Shown in pieces: positions 42,306-55,246 of a DNA stretch of 64,000 bases. The notes beneath the pieces were generated by a model. That model did not search any database. It saw only the letters and a list, made by a program, of their open reading frames with translations, and was not told the DNA's origin. The translations under genes and the position numbers were made by a program. The first letter of the stretch is position 1; every line of letters begins with the position of its first letter. The stretch is taken from assembly GCA_963804165.1 (NCBI GenBank), contig CAWDPO010000002.1:1-64000 (forward strand), read 5' to 3'. The DNA is from an uncultured delta proteobacterium (lineage in GTDB: Bacteria > Desulfobacterota > Binatia > UBA9968).

Positions 42306-43103
42306 TTAGGCTATTATCTTTGTCAACGAAGTTTCCGCCAAGATTTTCAACAAGTTAGATTGATTATTTTTGTTCTCTGCCTCCGCCCGGCGCAGATAAA
42401 CCGGTGCCAGCGTACCGACATCCTCGACCGACTGAGTCATGATCCGCGAGTGGGCAATTATAGCGATGCGCGATGCCACTGATGGATAATTCTCGCTGGC
42501 GGATAAGAGCGCGGTCGTGCCGAACGAGTCGGATAGCAACTTTTCATAGGCCTTCGCGCCATCGCCAACAACCAATAGCGACGCACCGTCCGCTGCGCAA
42601 GAATGATGATTGCGCATTGCATCAATTGCGTAGTTTATTGACATTACTGTGTCGGTCGTAATGCGCGTGAGGTTTTCGCCACTGCGGCGAAACAGACTCA
42701 TATAAACTTCGCCCTTGCGCGCGTCGAGCATTGAACAAATGAGGCCGTCGAAGTTTGTCACTCTCGCCGCATTGGCATGTAAGGTCGAAATACCCACCAC
42801 AGGAACTCCCGAATCATAGGCGACGCCCTTAACCGTCGCTAAGCCAATGCGGAGCCCGGTAAATGAACCCGGGCCGATCGACACCGCAATTCCGGCTAGA
42901 TCAGTGACAGTAAGCCGCGCTTTGCTCAGAACTGACTCGATCAACGGCAAAATGATCTCAGCGTGATTTCCGCGCAGTTGGGGCGCCGCGGCGGCGTTGA
43001 CTTCTTTCGTAGTGACGAGTACTTCCTCGGCCAACAATTCTCCATCGTCAACGAGCGCGACGCTCGCGTTAGCCGTTGCGCTATCGACACCAAGAATCCT
43101 CAC
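42306..43103 (-). CDS. tsaB: tRNA threonylcarbamoyladenosine biosynthesis protein TsaB
   Basis: MRILGVDSAT, GPGSFTGLRIG, DARKGEVY, PVYLR. Confidence 0.93.
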   Translation of the reverse strand: MRILGVDSATANASVALVDDGELLAEEVLVTTKEVNAAAAPQLRGNHAEIILPLIESVLSKARLTVTDLAGIAVSIGPGSFTGLRIGLATVKGVAYDSGVPVVGISTLHANAARVTNFDGLICSMLDARKGEVYMSLFRRSGENLTRITTDTVMSINYAIDAMRNHHSCAADGASLLVVGDGAKAYEKLLSDSFGTTALLSASENYPSVASRIAIIAHSRIMTQSVEDVGTLAPVYLRRAEAENKNNQSNLLKILAETSLTKIIA

Positions 43104-44182
43104 CCTCCGACCTGCTTCTCAAAAAATCTGACGATGTCGTTATAAAATGCGTAAATCATCAGGAGCGCCAGGATACAAATCCCCACTTGTTGGGCCATTT
43201 CACGATATCGAAGGGCAACCGGTTTGCGGGTCACCGCTTCAATCAAAAAGAACAACAAATGGCCGCCATCCAGCACTGGAACAGGCAGGAGATTGAGCAC
43301 GCCCAGATTGATGCTCAAAACCGCCAGGAAGGCGAGAAAGCTGCCAACCCCCTCCTGCGCTTGCTGCCCTGCCATTTGAGCGATGAGGATGGGGCCACCG
43401 ATATTGCGCGGCGATACGTCGCCCGAGATCATTTTGAATAACGCTACCAGCGTGAGTTGCGCGTAGTCGTAAGTTTGGTAGAACGCCCGCACGACCGCGA
43501 GTCCGGGGTTTCCCTTTTCAATGGTAACTTGGCTGCTGATTCCGATGATCCAATCGTCCTTGGGCTCGCCGAAGACCGTGCGGCCTTCCTTTTTGATCGG
43601 CTGCACGACAAAGTTAAGGACCTCGGACCCTCGTTGTACCTGAACATTCAGCGATTTGCCGCCGCTTGATTTTATTGTTGTTGAAAGCTCTTGCCATTCC
43701 TTTACGGGTTTACCGTCGATGGCTAGTATTTGATCGCCTTTAACAATGCCCGCGCGGGCTGCGGGGGAGCTGCTTTCGACGCCGCTGACTTGCGTCGACA
43801 TCACTGGAACACCGTAAAATGTGAACACCACGATCAACAAGAACAGCGCGAGCAGAAGATTAAATCCGGGTCCCGCGACCACAATCGCAATCCGCTTAAA
43901 TAGGCTTTTATGCGCGAAGGATCTTTCAACGTCTTCCTGGCGGACTTCTTCGTCGGGATCTTCGCCGACCATTTTGACATAACCGCCAAGCGGAAAGGCG
44001 CTCAACGCGTATTCGGTTTCGCCGCTTTTTTTAACCCAAATCTTGGGGCCGAAGCCGACAGAGAAAGTGAGCACCCCGACTCCAGATAGCTTCGCCAGCA
44101 AAAAGTGACCGAACTCGTGAAAGACTATCAGCAAACCGAGCCCGATGACGGCGGCCCCAATTGAGTAGACCAGATTCTCCAT
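43100..44182 (-). CDS. rseP: RIP metalloprotease RseP
   Basis: HEFGH, FSVGFGP, GGYVKM, PDZ domain, NLLPVPVLDGGH. Confidence 0.96.
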   Translation of the reverse strand: MENLVYSIGAAVIGLGLLIVFHEFGHFLLAKLSGVGVLTFSVGFGPKIWVKKSGETEYALSAFPLGGYVKMVGEDPDEEVRQEDVERSFAHKSLFKRIAIVVAGPGFNLLLALFLLIVVFTFYGVPVMSTQVSGVESSSPAARAGIVKGDQILAIDGKPVKEWQELSTTIKSSGGKSLNVQVQRGSEVLNFVVQPIKKEGRTVFGEPKDDWIIGISSQVTIEKGNPGLAVVRAFYQTYDYAQLTLVALFKMISGDVSPRNIGGPILIAQMAGQQAQEGVGSFLAFLAVLSINLGVLNLLPVPVLDGGHLLFFLIEAVTRKPVALRYREMAQQVGICILALLMIYAFYNDIVRFFEKQVGG

Positions 44183-44213
44183 TAATATCTCCTTAAGATC
44201 TCCTCGGCACAGA

Positions 44214-45362
44214 CTAGTTAATGAACGACGAAGCTTTTTCCCGCGCCCACCGATCCACGTCCAGAACTTCGCCGATCTCCGTCGCGCGCCGGTTTTCGTG
44301 TGCTTGCATCGTCCGTTTAATTATACGATGAATTTCGCGAAATCCTATCCGCCGGTTTAAAAATGCGGCGACCGCTACTTCATTGGCGGCATTGAGCACC
44401 GCCGGCATTGTCCGTCCCTCGCGTAGTGCATCGTAGGCAAGCGACAACGCTGGGAATCGTTTCTTTTCCACTGGAACGAAGTTTAACTGGCCCTGCCGGG
44501 TGAGATCCAGCGCGGGCCAGCTCCCCTCGAGCCGGTATGGAAACGCCAGGGCATAGGCGATCGGTATGCGCATATCGGCGATGCCGAGCTGGGCGATGAT
44601 CGATCCATCTTGATACCGCACCATCGAATGGACCACGCTTTGCGGATGGATAATAACTTGGATATCGCTGGGCTGCATATCAAATTCCCAGCGCGCTTCG
44701 ATCACTTCCAACCCCTTGTTCATCATGGTTGCCGAGTCGATGGTTATTTTTCGGCCCATTTTCCAATTGGGGTGCTTTAAGGCTTGCTCGACAGTGACGC
44801 GGTCCAGTCGGCTTAGCGGCGTACGGAGAAATGGGCCCCCCGACGCCGTAAGAATGATCTTGTCGACCTCGCTACGCTGATTTCCCCTCAGGCATTGAAA
44901 GACCGCGCTATGTTCGCTGTCTACAGGCAGCAAGCGAACCCCTCGTTGCTTGGCGGCATCAACAAAAAGCTCCCCCGCCATCACCAGCGCCTCTTTATTG
45001 GCCAGAGCAATCTCTTTTCCGGCCAGAAGGCCCTTGAAACATGGCATCAGCCCCGCCCCGCCGACGATGGCAGCGAGCACGACGTCGATCTCGGGCGCAG
45101 CGGCAATAGTTGACGCCCCCGCTTCGCCCCAGAAAATCTCAATTTTCTGCTGACCGACAAGCGTACGTAAACGGCGAACATCTTGTTCGCGCTCAATCGC
45201 GACACACTTGGGCGAAAACTCTTTAATCTGCTTTGCGAGCAAGTTCAAATTTCGTCCAGCGGCCATGCCATGGACTTTGAAACGGTCGGGAAACTCGCGC
45301 ACGAGTGCAAGCGCGCTGACTCCGATTGAGCCCGTGGAACCGAGCAAAGCGATCGTTTTCAC
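44214..45362 (-). CDS. dxr: 1-deoxy-D-xylulose-5-phosphate reductoisomerase
   Basis: LGSTGSIG, LANKE, PVDSEH, TASGGPF, MNKGLEVIEA. Confidence 0.97.
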   Translation of the reverse strand: MKTIALLGSTGSIGVSALALVREFPDRFKVHGMAAGRNLNLLAKQIKEFSPKCVAIEREQDVRRLRTLVGQQKIEIFWGEAGASTIAAAPEIDVVLAAIVGGAGLMPCFKGLLAGKEIALANKEALVMAGELFVDAAKQRGVRLLPVDSEHSAVFQCLRGNQRSEVDKIILTASGGPFLRTPLSRLDRVTVEQALKHPNWKMGRKITIDSATMMNKGLEVIEARWEFDMQPSDIQVIIHPQSVVHSMVRYQDGSIIAQLGIADMRIPIAYALAFPYRLEGSWPALDLTRQGQLNFVPVEKKRFPALSLAYDALREGRTMPAVLNAANEVAVAAFLNRRIGFREIHRIIKRTMQAHENRRATEIGEVLDVDRWAREKASSFIN

Positions 45363-46165
45363 GGATGAAACACTTTCAAATACGCTGTCGTAAAAACCGC
45401 AGGAAAGATCAAACTATCGACCCGATCGAGCAAGCCGCCATGTCCCGGCAACAAACGGCCCGAATCTTTGACGTCAAAGACTCGCTTGATCCACGATTCA
45501 AAGAGGTCGCCGATCTGTGCCAGTATGCTAAGCGTTAGTGAGAGCGCCAGTATTTCAGTCCAATTAACGGAGTCGCTGAGAAATGACGCGCCAGCAACAC
45601 CGGCAACTACCGCACCGAGGATGTAACCGCATGATCCGGCGATCGTCTTCCCGGGACTCAAGGCGACGGCGAGTTTCCGCGCGCCGAAATGCTTGCCGAT
45701 AAAATACGCCATAGTGTCACCCACCATAACGACCCACAAGACCCAAAACACCCAGCCTCGTCCGTTCGGCAGCCTAAATAATAAAATCCAGTGAGGGAAA
45801 AAGTATCCGAGGTAAAACCCACCGAGCAACGCGAGCGCAAGGCGGTTCAACTGATCCGCCAGTTGACCACCTGCAAAAAGATACACCGTGAACGCGACCA
45901 ACAATACTATGTCCAGCCAGACCAATGGGTCAACGTCGCCGTTCAGAAAAACCGCTCCCGATAAACATATTCCGAATGCGATCCCCATCCACCGGTCTTT
46001 CCACTGCCGAGGAAACACCATAGTGAAATATTCGCGCAATGCTTTCACCATTAAAATAAAAAAAAGCGACGAAAATAACCAAGGGGGACTCCAACCGACA
46101 AAGACGACCAGCAACGGTATACCGACCGCCGCAGTTGCCAGTCTTGATTTAAGATTGGCGTCCAC
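45359..46165 (-). CDS. cdsA: phosphatidate cytidylyltransferase
   Basis: SPGKT, GDLFESWIKR...KDSG.LLPGHGGLLDRVDS. Confidence 0.95.
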   Translation of the reverse strand: MDANLKSRLATAAVGIPLLVVFVGWSPPWLFSSLFFILMVKALREYFTMVFPRQWKDRWMGIAFGICLSGAVFLNGDVDPLVWLDIVLLVAFTVYLFAGGQLADQLNRLALALLGGFYLGYFFPHWILLFRLPNGRGWVFWVLWVVMVGDTMAYFIGKHFGARKLAVALSPGKTIAGSCGYILGAVVAGVAGASFLSDSVNWTEILALSLTLSILAQIGDLFESWIKRVFDVKDSGRLLPGHGGLLDRVDSLIFPAVFTTAYLKVFHP

Positions 46166-46928
46166 CAGCCCCCATCGACCGAGTCACGAGTTCACCGAGC
46201 TGTTCATCAGTGCGACCGAACCTGCGCCGCCGCCGCTGGAAATCGAGCAGAGCTTGAAGATATTCCCCCTCACGGAAATCAGGCCACAATATAGGTGTAA
46301 CGTACAGTTCGCTGTAGGCGATCTGCCACAGATAAAAATTGCTGATGCGCATTTCGCCGCTGGTGCGAATCAACAGATCGGGATCCGGCACACCGCCGGT
46401 GTCAAGCCGCGCACTCACGGTACGTTCATCGATCTGTTCGGGGTCCAGTTCTTGTGCGCGCGCTTCACGGGCCATCCCTTGAATCAGCCTTACGATCTCG
46501 TCCCGTCCGCTGTAGCTCAGGGCCAGGATGACAGTCATTCGTCGATTGTCGCGTGTGAGATCAATGACCTTTTCTAAAACGTTGCGGACATTGTCGGGCA
46601 GCCGCGATCTGTCCCCGATTGCCGTGAGACGAATGCCGTAACGCATCATTTTAACCTGCTCGGCCGCCAGATAGTGCTCCAAGAGGCCCATAAGCGCATC
46701 GATTTCGTCATGCGGTCGAAACCAGTTTTCCGTGGAAAAGGCGTACAGGGATAGATAACGGATGCCGATCCTACGGCTCATCTCGACAATGACGCGGACC
46801 GAAGTTTTGCCGCGGCGATGGCCTTCGATACGACTTTTTCCGCGTAGTTTTGCCCACCGGCCATTTCCATCCATGATGATGGCGACATGTTCGGGCAGAC
46901 GCGTCTTGTCTAAACCGTTTAGCTCCAT
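46149..46928 (-). CDS. uppS: undecaprenyl diphosphate synthase
   Basis: HVAIIMDGNGRWA, YAFSTENW, RTSGEMRISNF. Confidence 0.97.
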   Translation of the reverse strand: MELNGLDKTRLPEHVAIIMDGNGRWAKLRGKSRIEGHRRGKTSVRVIVEMSRRIGIRYLSLYAFSTENWFRPHDEIDALMGLLEHYLAAEQVKMMRYGIRLTAIGDRSRLPDNVRNVLEKVIDLTRDNRRMTVILALSYSGRDEIVRLIQGMAREARAQELDPEQIDERTVSARLDTGGVPDPDLLIRTSGEMRISNFYLWQIAYSELYVTPILWPDFREGEYLQALLDFQRRRRRFGRTDEQLGELVTRSMGAGGRQS

Positions 46929-47042
46929 CGCTGCCTTGGTCGAATCAGTTTCATGGGTGAGATACTCAGGCGATGCCGGAAGGACTCCGGGGTACCGAAC
47001 CTACGGGGAGACTGGAGAACGAAAAGTCGAAAGCGCCGAGGG

Positions 47043-48956
<1,914 letters not shown>

Positions 48957-48961
48957 CGAAA

Positions 48962-49729
48962 TTAAGCTCCCACGGCTACCGTATTTTCCGCCGTCTCGGT
49001 CCCCGATCGATCTTCTTCCTTACCCTTTACCAACGATTGCTCGTACAACGTCTTGCCTTCATTGATTGCGTCGGCAATCGACGCACAAAACAATCGGATG
49101 GCGCGAATCGCGTCATCGTTCCCGGGTACCTTGTAGTCCACCATGTCGGGATCGCAATTCGTGTCGATAACAGCGATGACAGGTATGCCCAGCTTGCGGG
49201 CTTCCTTCACCGCAATCTCTTCCTGCTTGGGGTCGATGACAAAAATAGCATCCGGAAGCTTGCGCATGGTCTTGATGCCACCGAGCGACTGCTCTAGCTT
49301 GGCCCTTTCGCGCTTAAGTCCCAGCATTTCCTTTTTTGTTAACGCGTCGACGATTTTCGGGTCGTTTTCCATCTCCTCAATCTTGCGCAAGCGCTCAATA
49401 CTTTGCCGGATGGTCGAAAAGTTAGTCAGCGTTCCGCCTAACCATCGATTGTGGACGTGGAACATGCCACAGCGTTCGGCTTCCTCTCTAATCGCGTCTT
49501 GAGCCTGCTTTTTTGTTCCAACGAAGAGAACATGCCCACCCGAGGCCGCTAGGTCACGCACCACCGATTCCAGATCTTTGAACATCGTCACTGTTTGTTG
49601 CAGGTCGATAATATGAATGCCGTTCCTGGCGCCGAAAATGTACGGCTTCATCTTGGGATTCCAGCGGCTGGTTTGATGGCCAAAGTGAACCCCCGCCTCC
49701 AATAATTGTTTCATAGAAATATCGCCCAT
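48962..49729 (-). CDS. rpsB: 30S ribosomal protein S2
   Basis: [38 protein letters not shown]. Confidence 0.98.
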   Translation of the reverse strand: MGDISMKQLLEAGVHFGHQTSRWNPKMKPYIFGARNGIHIIDLQQTVTMFKDLESVVRDLAASGGHVLFVGTKKQAQDAIREEAERCGMFHVHNRWLGGTLTNFSTIRQSIERLRKIEEMENDPKIVDALTKKEMLGLKRERAKLEQSLGGIKTMRKLPDAIFVIDPKQEEIAVKEARKLGIPVIAVIDTNCDPDMVDYKVPGNDDAIRAIRLFCASIADAINEGKTLYEQSLVKGKEEDRSGTETAENTVAVGA

Positions 49730-49734
49730 TTTTC

Positions 49735-49820
49735 ACTCCTTTGGTTTTATCCTCCCCTCTCTTCATCTCCACGTCGAACCTTAACGGCACCTCGACATAG
49801 ATCCGAAAGGGTGTGAATTT
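49735..49820 (-). promoter_or_regulatory. rpsB (S2) autoregulatory leader
   Basis: CACACC...GTCGA-GGTGCC...TCGAC-GTGGAG layout directly upstream of rpsB, resembling S2 leaders. Confidence 0.6.
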
Positions 49821-49963
49821 GACTTATAAACTGCGCGTTTGCGTGGCGAAAAAGAGCTGCCGGGCAATCGCTCAGCATGGCTAATCGGTAAAGGACTTTG
49901 ATAACCTTGCGTTCTTAACAGAGTTCTAGGGTCGACGCAAGATTCTGCGGAGCGGGAGAGGGC

Positions 49964-51268
49964 TCACTGGCTCATCGACTCAAGGAATTCCTTATTCGTT
50001 TTAGTGCCCCGCATCTTGTCAAGCAGGAATTCCATGGCCTCGACGACACTAAGCTGCGATAAAACCTTGCGCAAGATCCAGATCCGATTGAGATCCTCTC
50101 TAGCGATTAACAGCTCCTCCTTGCGCGTCCCCGACTTGTTGATATCGATTGCTGGAAATACCCGTTTGTCCATCAACCGACGGTCTAGATTGACCTCCAT
50201 ATTACCCGTACCCTTGAATTCTTCAAAAATGACTTCGTCCATTCGACTACCGGTGTCGATGAGCGCGGTCGCCATAATCGTGAGACTGCCTCCGTCTTCG
50301 ATGTTGCGAGCAGCGCCAAAAAACTTTTTCGGCTTGTGCAACGCGTTGGAATCGACGCCTCCGGAGAGAATTTTTCCGCTTGGAGGCACAACGGTATTAT
50401 AAGCACGCGCAAGCCGCGTAATGCTGTCGAGCAAGATGACCACGTCCTTACCATGCTCAACCAGTCTTTTTGCTTTCTCGATGACCATTTCAGCGACTTG
50501 GACGTGGCGCGTGGCGGGTTCGTCGAATGTTGAACTGATCACTTCACCATCAACCGAGCGCTGCATATCGGTGACTTCTTCTGGGCGCTCATCGATCAGC
50601 AAAACGATGAGAATGACTTCTTTGTGGTTGTGAGCGATGGCTTTGGCAATGTGTTGCAGCATCATCGTTTTGCCGGTACGGGGTGCCGCCACAATGAGAC
50701 CGCGCTGACCCTTGCCGATCGGTGTCAACAAATCAACGATCCGTGTCGTATAATCATCGGGCTGGCATTCGAGCAGCAGTCTTTCATTGGGATAGAGCGG
50801 CGTCAGATTATCGAAAAGGATTTTTTCCCGCGCTCTCTCGGGATCTTCAAAATTGATCGTTTCAACTTTAAGGAGCGCGAAATATCGTTCGCCTTCCTTT
50901 GGCGGCCTAATGTGACCGGAGATGATATCTCCGGTGCGCAAGTTAAAACGGCGAATCTGGCTGGGCGACACGTAAATATCGTCGGGGCCGGGAAGATAGT
51001 TGTAATCAGGCGCTCTCAGAAAACCGAACCCGTCCGGAAGTGTTTCCAAAACCCCTTCGCCATAGATGTGACCATTCTGCTCGGTTTGGGCTTGCAGGAT
51101 GGCAAATATCAACTCCTGCTTGCGCATATTGGCCGCGCCCTCGATATTGAAATTCTTGCCAATCAACGCAAGATCGCTGATTTTCTTTTCCTTGAGGGCT
51201 TTAAGATTCAACCCGTTATCTTCAACAACAGCCTCCGGCTCGGCGGCTCGAGTTCTCCCACGAACCAT
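49964..51268 (-). CDS. rho: transcription termination factor Rho
   Basis: [50 protein letters not shown]. Confidence 0.98.
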   Translation of the reverse strand: MVRGRTRAAEPEAVVEDNGLNLKALKEKKISDLALIGKNFNIEGAANMRKQELIFAILQAQTEQNGHIYGEGVLETLPDGFGFLRAPDYNYLPGPDDIYVSPSQIRRFNLRTGDIISGHIRPPKEGERYFALLKVETINFEDPERAREKILFDNLTPLYPNERLLLECQPDDYTTRIVDLLTPIGKGQRGLIVAAPRTGKTMMLQHIAKAIAHNHKEVILIVLLIDERPEEVTDMQRSVDGEVISSTFDEPATRHVQVAEMVIEKAKRLVEHGKDVVILLDSITRLARAYNTVVPPSGKILSGGVDSNALHKPKKFFGAARNIEDGGSLTIMATALIDTGSRMDEVIFEEFKGTGNMEVNLDRRLMDKRVFPAIDINKSGTRKEELLIAREDLNRIWILRKVLSQLSVVEAMEFLLDKMRGTKTNKEFLESMSQ

Positions 51269-51577
51269 ACGCTATAGTTCTCCTTTCATCGACTTAAAGC
51301 AGTATCCCGTGGCGCCAAGGTGACGCACGATTGTTAGCGAAATCTGTTAAATCACGTCGAGGCTCTGACCCATCACGCGCCATTGACATCTCGGCAAACA
51401 ACGGTAGCAATGGGCACAAGTTCAGACACAAGGACGTCAATGCGACAGGATGTAGGACGCAGACGGAAATCTTTCTTTCAATAAAAAATCAACTTCAGAA
51501 CACTTATCGCCGGGTGAATCTGTTTTTCGCGTGGGGATTGACTAAAGAATTTACTGAATTGGATTCTCTCGTAATTG

Positions 51578-51606
51578 ATATTATTTTAACGTGACCTGCT
51601 TGTCAA
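51578..51606 (-). promoter_or_regulatory. sigma70 promoter for rho, giving a ~300-nt leader
   Basis: Minus strand TTGACA-17 nt-TAATAT overlapping the rluD stop; the leader has C/U-rich stretches. Confidence 0.6.
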
Positions 51607-52663
51607 CCCCTCTTGTGATTATATCATGGGGGATCTCTACTGCGCCGCCGTCGCGCATTCGCAGGCGATTCAAAAGATCGGAGAAATCGTTTGGCAGGGG
51701 CGCCGAGAATTCCATCGGTCGAGCCGGCCATCCAAGCTCAATGGTCAATTTTTCGGCATGGAGAGCCTGGCGCGGGAAAAGATCAATCCGCGGGTCGCGC
51801 GGCACTTTTGCCACCGTCAGGCGTTTGCGACCGTAAATCTTATCGCCAATTAAAGGATGCCCCATGTCAGCAAGGTGTACCCGCAGCTGGTGTGTCCGCC
51901 CCGTCCTCGGCCGCAACCGCAGCAAGGTCATCGCCGCTAACGGATACGACTTGGGGTTGATTCGGAAGCGCTCCTCAACGCTCCACTCCGTAATCGCTTC
52001 GCGCCCGCGACGGTCGAGATGCAAGCTCGACATGCGCTTGCGGTCCGAGCGGTGGCGCCCTATGGCCCGATCGATTATTCCCCTGTCAGGTTCTATCATT
52101 CCCCAAACCAGAGCCAGATATTCTTTGTGCACGGTCCGGTTCTTAAACTGACCCACCAGTTGAAGATAAGCCGACATATTCTTCGCGACCACCATCACAC
52201 CCGAGGTGTCTTTGTCCAATCGGTGTACGATCCCCGGTCGCCGCTCACCGCCCACGCCCGCCATGTTGGGATAATGATGCAAAAGGGCGTTGACCAACGT
52301 GCCACTCGATCGGCCAGCTGCCGGGTGAACTACGATCCCGGGAGACTTATTCACAACGATGCAGTCCGTGTCTTCGTACAGGATGTTGAGGGGCAGCGCT
52401 TCGGCGAGTAACTGCGTTTCACGCGGCGGCAACGGTAAAATGTTAATCCAATCATTGGATTTTAGTCGCGTGCTCGGCTTTGTCATTGCGCCGTTCAGAG
52501 TGATAAGTCCTTCAGCTATGAGCCGCTGGATACCCGCGCGACTAAGACCAAAGCACGACTCAACGCCAACCGTTAGACGTCGAGTCAGGTACAAGTCCAG
52601 CCGAACTCCAGCCGAATTTTGATCGATGACAAATTGCTCACCCACCATCGAAAGCACCGTCAC
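51581..52663 (-). CDS. rluD: RluA/RluD family 23S rRNA pseudouridine synthase
   Basis: S4 domain, GTLVNALL, RPGIVHRLDKDTSG, TGRTHQLRVH, RQALHA. Confidence 0.92.
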   Translation of the reverse strand: MTVLSMVGEQFVIDQNSAGVRLDLYLTRRLTVGVESCFGLSRAGIQRLIAEGLITLNGAMTKPSTRLKSNDWINILPLPPRETQLLAEALPLNILYEDTDCIVVNKSPGIVVHPAAGRSSGTLVNALLHHYPNMAGVGGERRPGIVHRLDKDTSGVMVVAKNMSAYLQLVGQFKNRTVHKEYLALVWGMIEPDRGIIDRAIGRHRSDRKRMSSLHLDRRGREAITEWSVEERFRINPKSYPLAAMTLLRLRPRTGRTHQLRVHLADMGHPLIGDKIYGRKRLTVAKVPRDPRIDLFPRQALHAEKLTIELGWPARPMEFSAPLPNDFSDLLNRLRMRDGGAVEIPHDIITRGVDKQVTLK

Positions 52664-53606
52664 GGGTTACGGGGGGTAAATTTAGATCGCTAAAGACGGA
52701 TGCGGCAACTTTGACATCGCTGCGGATTTGCACGATCAACTCGTCAACCGATGAAAATTTTCTTTCTTCGCGGAGCCGTTTCACGAAGCAAAGCTTCACC
52801 GCTTTGCCGTAAATATCACCGTCGAAATTTAAGATGAAGCTTTCCACGGTCCTGGGTCCATCGCCGAAGGTCGGGTTCAGTCCGATGCTGCTGACGCTCG
52901 TCAAGTTTTTTTCGCCCAACTGAAACAGCGTAGCGTAAATGCCGTCCAAGGGCAGCGTTTCCGCCCGTGTCGCGATGTTGGCGGTGGGAAAACCGAGATC
53001 TCGACCGCGATGATGACCGGCGATGACCCGTCCTGAGATGAAGTAATAGCGGCCGAGCATCGGCACGACGTCATCCACTCGGCCCTCGCTAACCGCCTGG
53101 CGGACTATCGAACTGCTCACTCTAACGCCATTGACCAAGATGGGCTCGACGACCGCCACGCCGAAGCCAAGAGCAGCGCCCATTTGAACAAGAGTTTCGA
53201 CCCGACCCTTTCGGCCTTGCCCAAAGCGCAGATCTTTCCCGACCCAGACTCTTTTCGCTTTGAGCCGATCCGCAAGAATACCGCGGACAAATTCATCGGC
53301 GCCGAGCTTGGCGAAGGATAGATCAAAATGCTGCACGACAACGATATCGACGCCCAGGTTTTTCATAAGCTGCATCTTGTCTTTGTGCGACAAAAGCATC
53401 TTTGGCGCGCGTTCGGGGGCAAGGACCTTCAGGGGATGAGGCTCGAACGTCAAGACCGCCGATGGGACACCAAGCTCCTTGGCTTCCGCCACAGCGCCTC
53501 CGATCAAAGCCTGGTGCCCCAAATGTATGCCGTCAAAATTCCCCAGGGTGACGACAGATCTTTCGAGCTGCAAACCCGGGTCCCCGATGTGGCGAAAAAT
53601 CTGCAT
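52638..53606 (-). CDS. ribF: bifunctional riboflavin kinase/FAD synthetase
   Basis: LGNFDGIHLGHQ, TFEPHP, VSSS, GRDLGFPTAN. Confidence 0.96.
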   Translation of the reverse strand: MQIFRHIGDPGLQLERSVVTLGNFDGIHLGHQALIGGAVAEAKELGVPSAVLTFEPHPLKVLAPERAPKMLLSHKDKMQLMKNLGVDIVVVQHFDLSFAKLGADEFVRGILADRLKAKRVWVGKDLRFGQGRKGRVETLVQMGAALGFGVAVVEPILVNGVRVSSSIVRQAVSEGRVDDVVPMLGRYYFISGRVIAGHHRGRDLGFPTANIATRAETLPLDGIYATLFQLGEKNLTSVSSIGLNPTFGDGPRTVESFILNFDGDIYGKAVKLCFVKRLREERKFSSVDELIVQIRSDVKVAASVFSDLNLPPVTRDGAFDGG

Positions 53607-53710
53607 ATTTCAACGTGTAAGTGGAAGCAGTCTCGCCGGCAGGCGCGACACCGTCGATTAAACCAGTAGCAGGGGAAGATTAGAATTCAAATTCGCGGAG
53701 AGCGGTCTGG

Positions 53711-54573
53711 CTACGATTCGAGGGCTTTCAACCTCTGCCTTGCTCTTCCCGCCTCGGGAGATTGCGGATACTTCTCGACCAACTCTTGCAAAACCAAACG
53801 CGCGTTGAGTTTTTCTCCTAATTCAGCAAAAGCGGATCCCTGCCTGAGGAGTGCCCCCGCAACCTTGTCACTCTGCGGATACCTTCTCCGTACCTCGTCG
53901 AATTCCACGATCGCCTTATCGAATTCTTTCAGCGCAAAGTGACTTTCACCGATCGAGAATTGCGCGCTTGGAGCAAGCCGGCTTTTAGGATTTCGCTTGA
54001 GGAAATCCCGAAACCGCCCAATCGCCGCTCGGTAGTCTTTCTTTTCAAATACCCTCCATGCGGTCTCAAAATCCTTGCGCGCGCTTTCCGACTCGGCAAG
54101 CGACAAGTCCACATAGCCAATATCGGTCTCCGGCTTCTGCGCCGCCTGTTGGAGGGATTCGCGGAGTTGCTTCAACTCGTCTTCGCGGCCCTTAAGCAAT
54201 TCGGACTGGGACTTGGCGTCTTGTTCAAGCTTTGCGAGACGATCTTCTAGATTCTTGACCCGCTGGTCGCCGTCCCGGTTCGTTTGGCCCATTGCCTGCC
54301 AACTTGAACACGAGTCTCATCGATCCGTTCCTTGATCGCGTTTAGATCTCGCTGCATTTGTTGAATATTCGCCCGCGTGTCAGCCAGTGTGGCACGAATG
54401 CTGTCGACATCGGTGTGCAAGCCGTTCACGTCGCTCCGCATCCGGCGCTGTTCTCTTTCGAGCAATTCGATTTGCTGCGGGTTGACGCAGGCGGATAACC
54501 AGCCGCCGGTGAGCAGCAGCAAACAAAAAATCAACAAATGGATAGTTGGAGTCGAACGATTCACTGGCCGCAC
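53711..54573 (-). CDS. cpoB: tol-pal system TPR protein (frameshift ~54292)
   Basis: Lipoprotein-like N-terminus and coiled coil (ORF 54247-54573), then TPR domain (AQFSIGESHF, YPQS; ORF 53711-54292); lies downstream of pal. Confidence 0.85.
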
Positions 54574-54579
54574 TCAACG

Positions 54580-55183
54580 CTACGACGTCGACACGTCCTT
54601 GGAGAATAACGAAACGCGCCCGTCGGTTTTGCTTCCAACAATCTTCGCTTTGTTCTCGGCAAACCGGAATTTCCTGACCGTAGCTAATCGTCGAAAGCCG
54701 GTCGACCGGGATCGCCGAGAGTCGACAAAAAGTCGCGTGCCGCTTGAGCCCGTTTGGCTCCGAGGGCGAGATTATATTCGTTGGTGCCGCGCTCATCGCA
54801 ATGGCCTTCGATTTCGACCCGCGCCGAAGGATTGTTCTTAAGCCAATCGGCGTTGGCGCGCAGCGTGTGACCGTGCGTCGGCGCTTAAATCGTAGCGGTC
54901 AAATTCATAATAAACATCCTTCAACGGGCTCGACGCCGGGTGTGATAGGTGATTTTCCTTCTTGCATCTGCTTCAGGCTACTGGCGCCTGTGTTGGACTC
55001 ACCTGTGCCGCCGCGTTGACCCTCTCCAGCTCGGCGATCGCCGCCTGATGCGTCCGCGTCCGCACGGTTTGCCGACGCTGCTGGGTCCGGCTTTTCGTAG
55101 CGCTCGGAGCGCATGCTGCGACGCTAAAAAATAAGACAACCATGCCCCACACAGACCATGGGATTCTAAATCCGACTTATCAT
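54580..55183 (-). CDS. pal: peptidoglycan-associated lipoprotein (several indels)
   Basis: Fragments [42 protein letters not shown]...[10 protein letters not shown]. Confidence 0.85.
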
Positions 55184-55246
55184 ATTTAACCTCCTGCGTG
55201 CGTCTGGGGTCGCATTGAATGTGAATCGACGTGGCGGAGTTGAAAG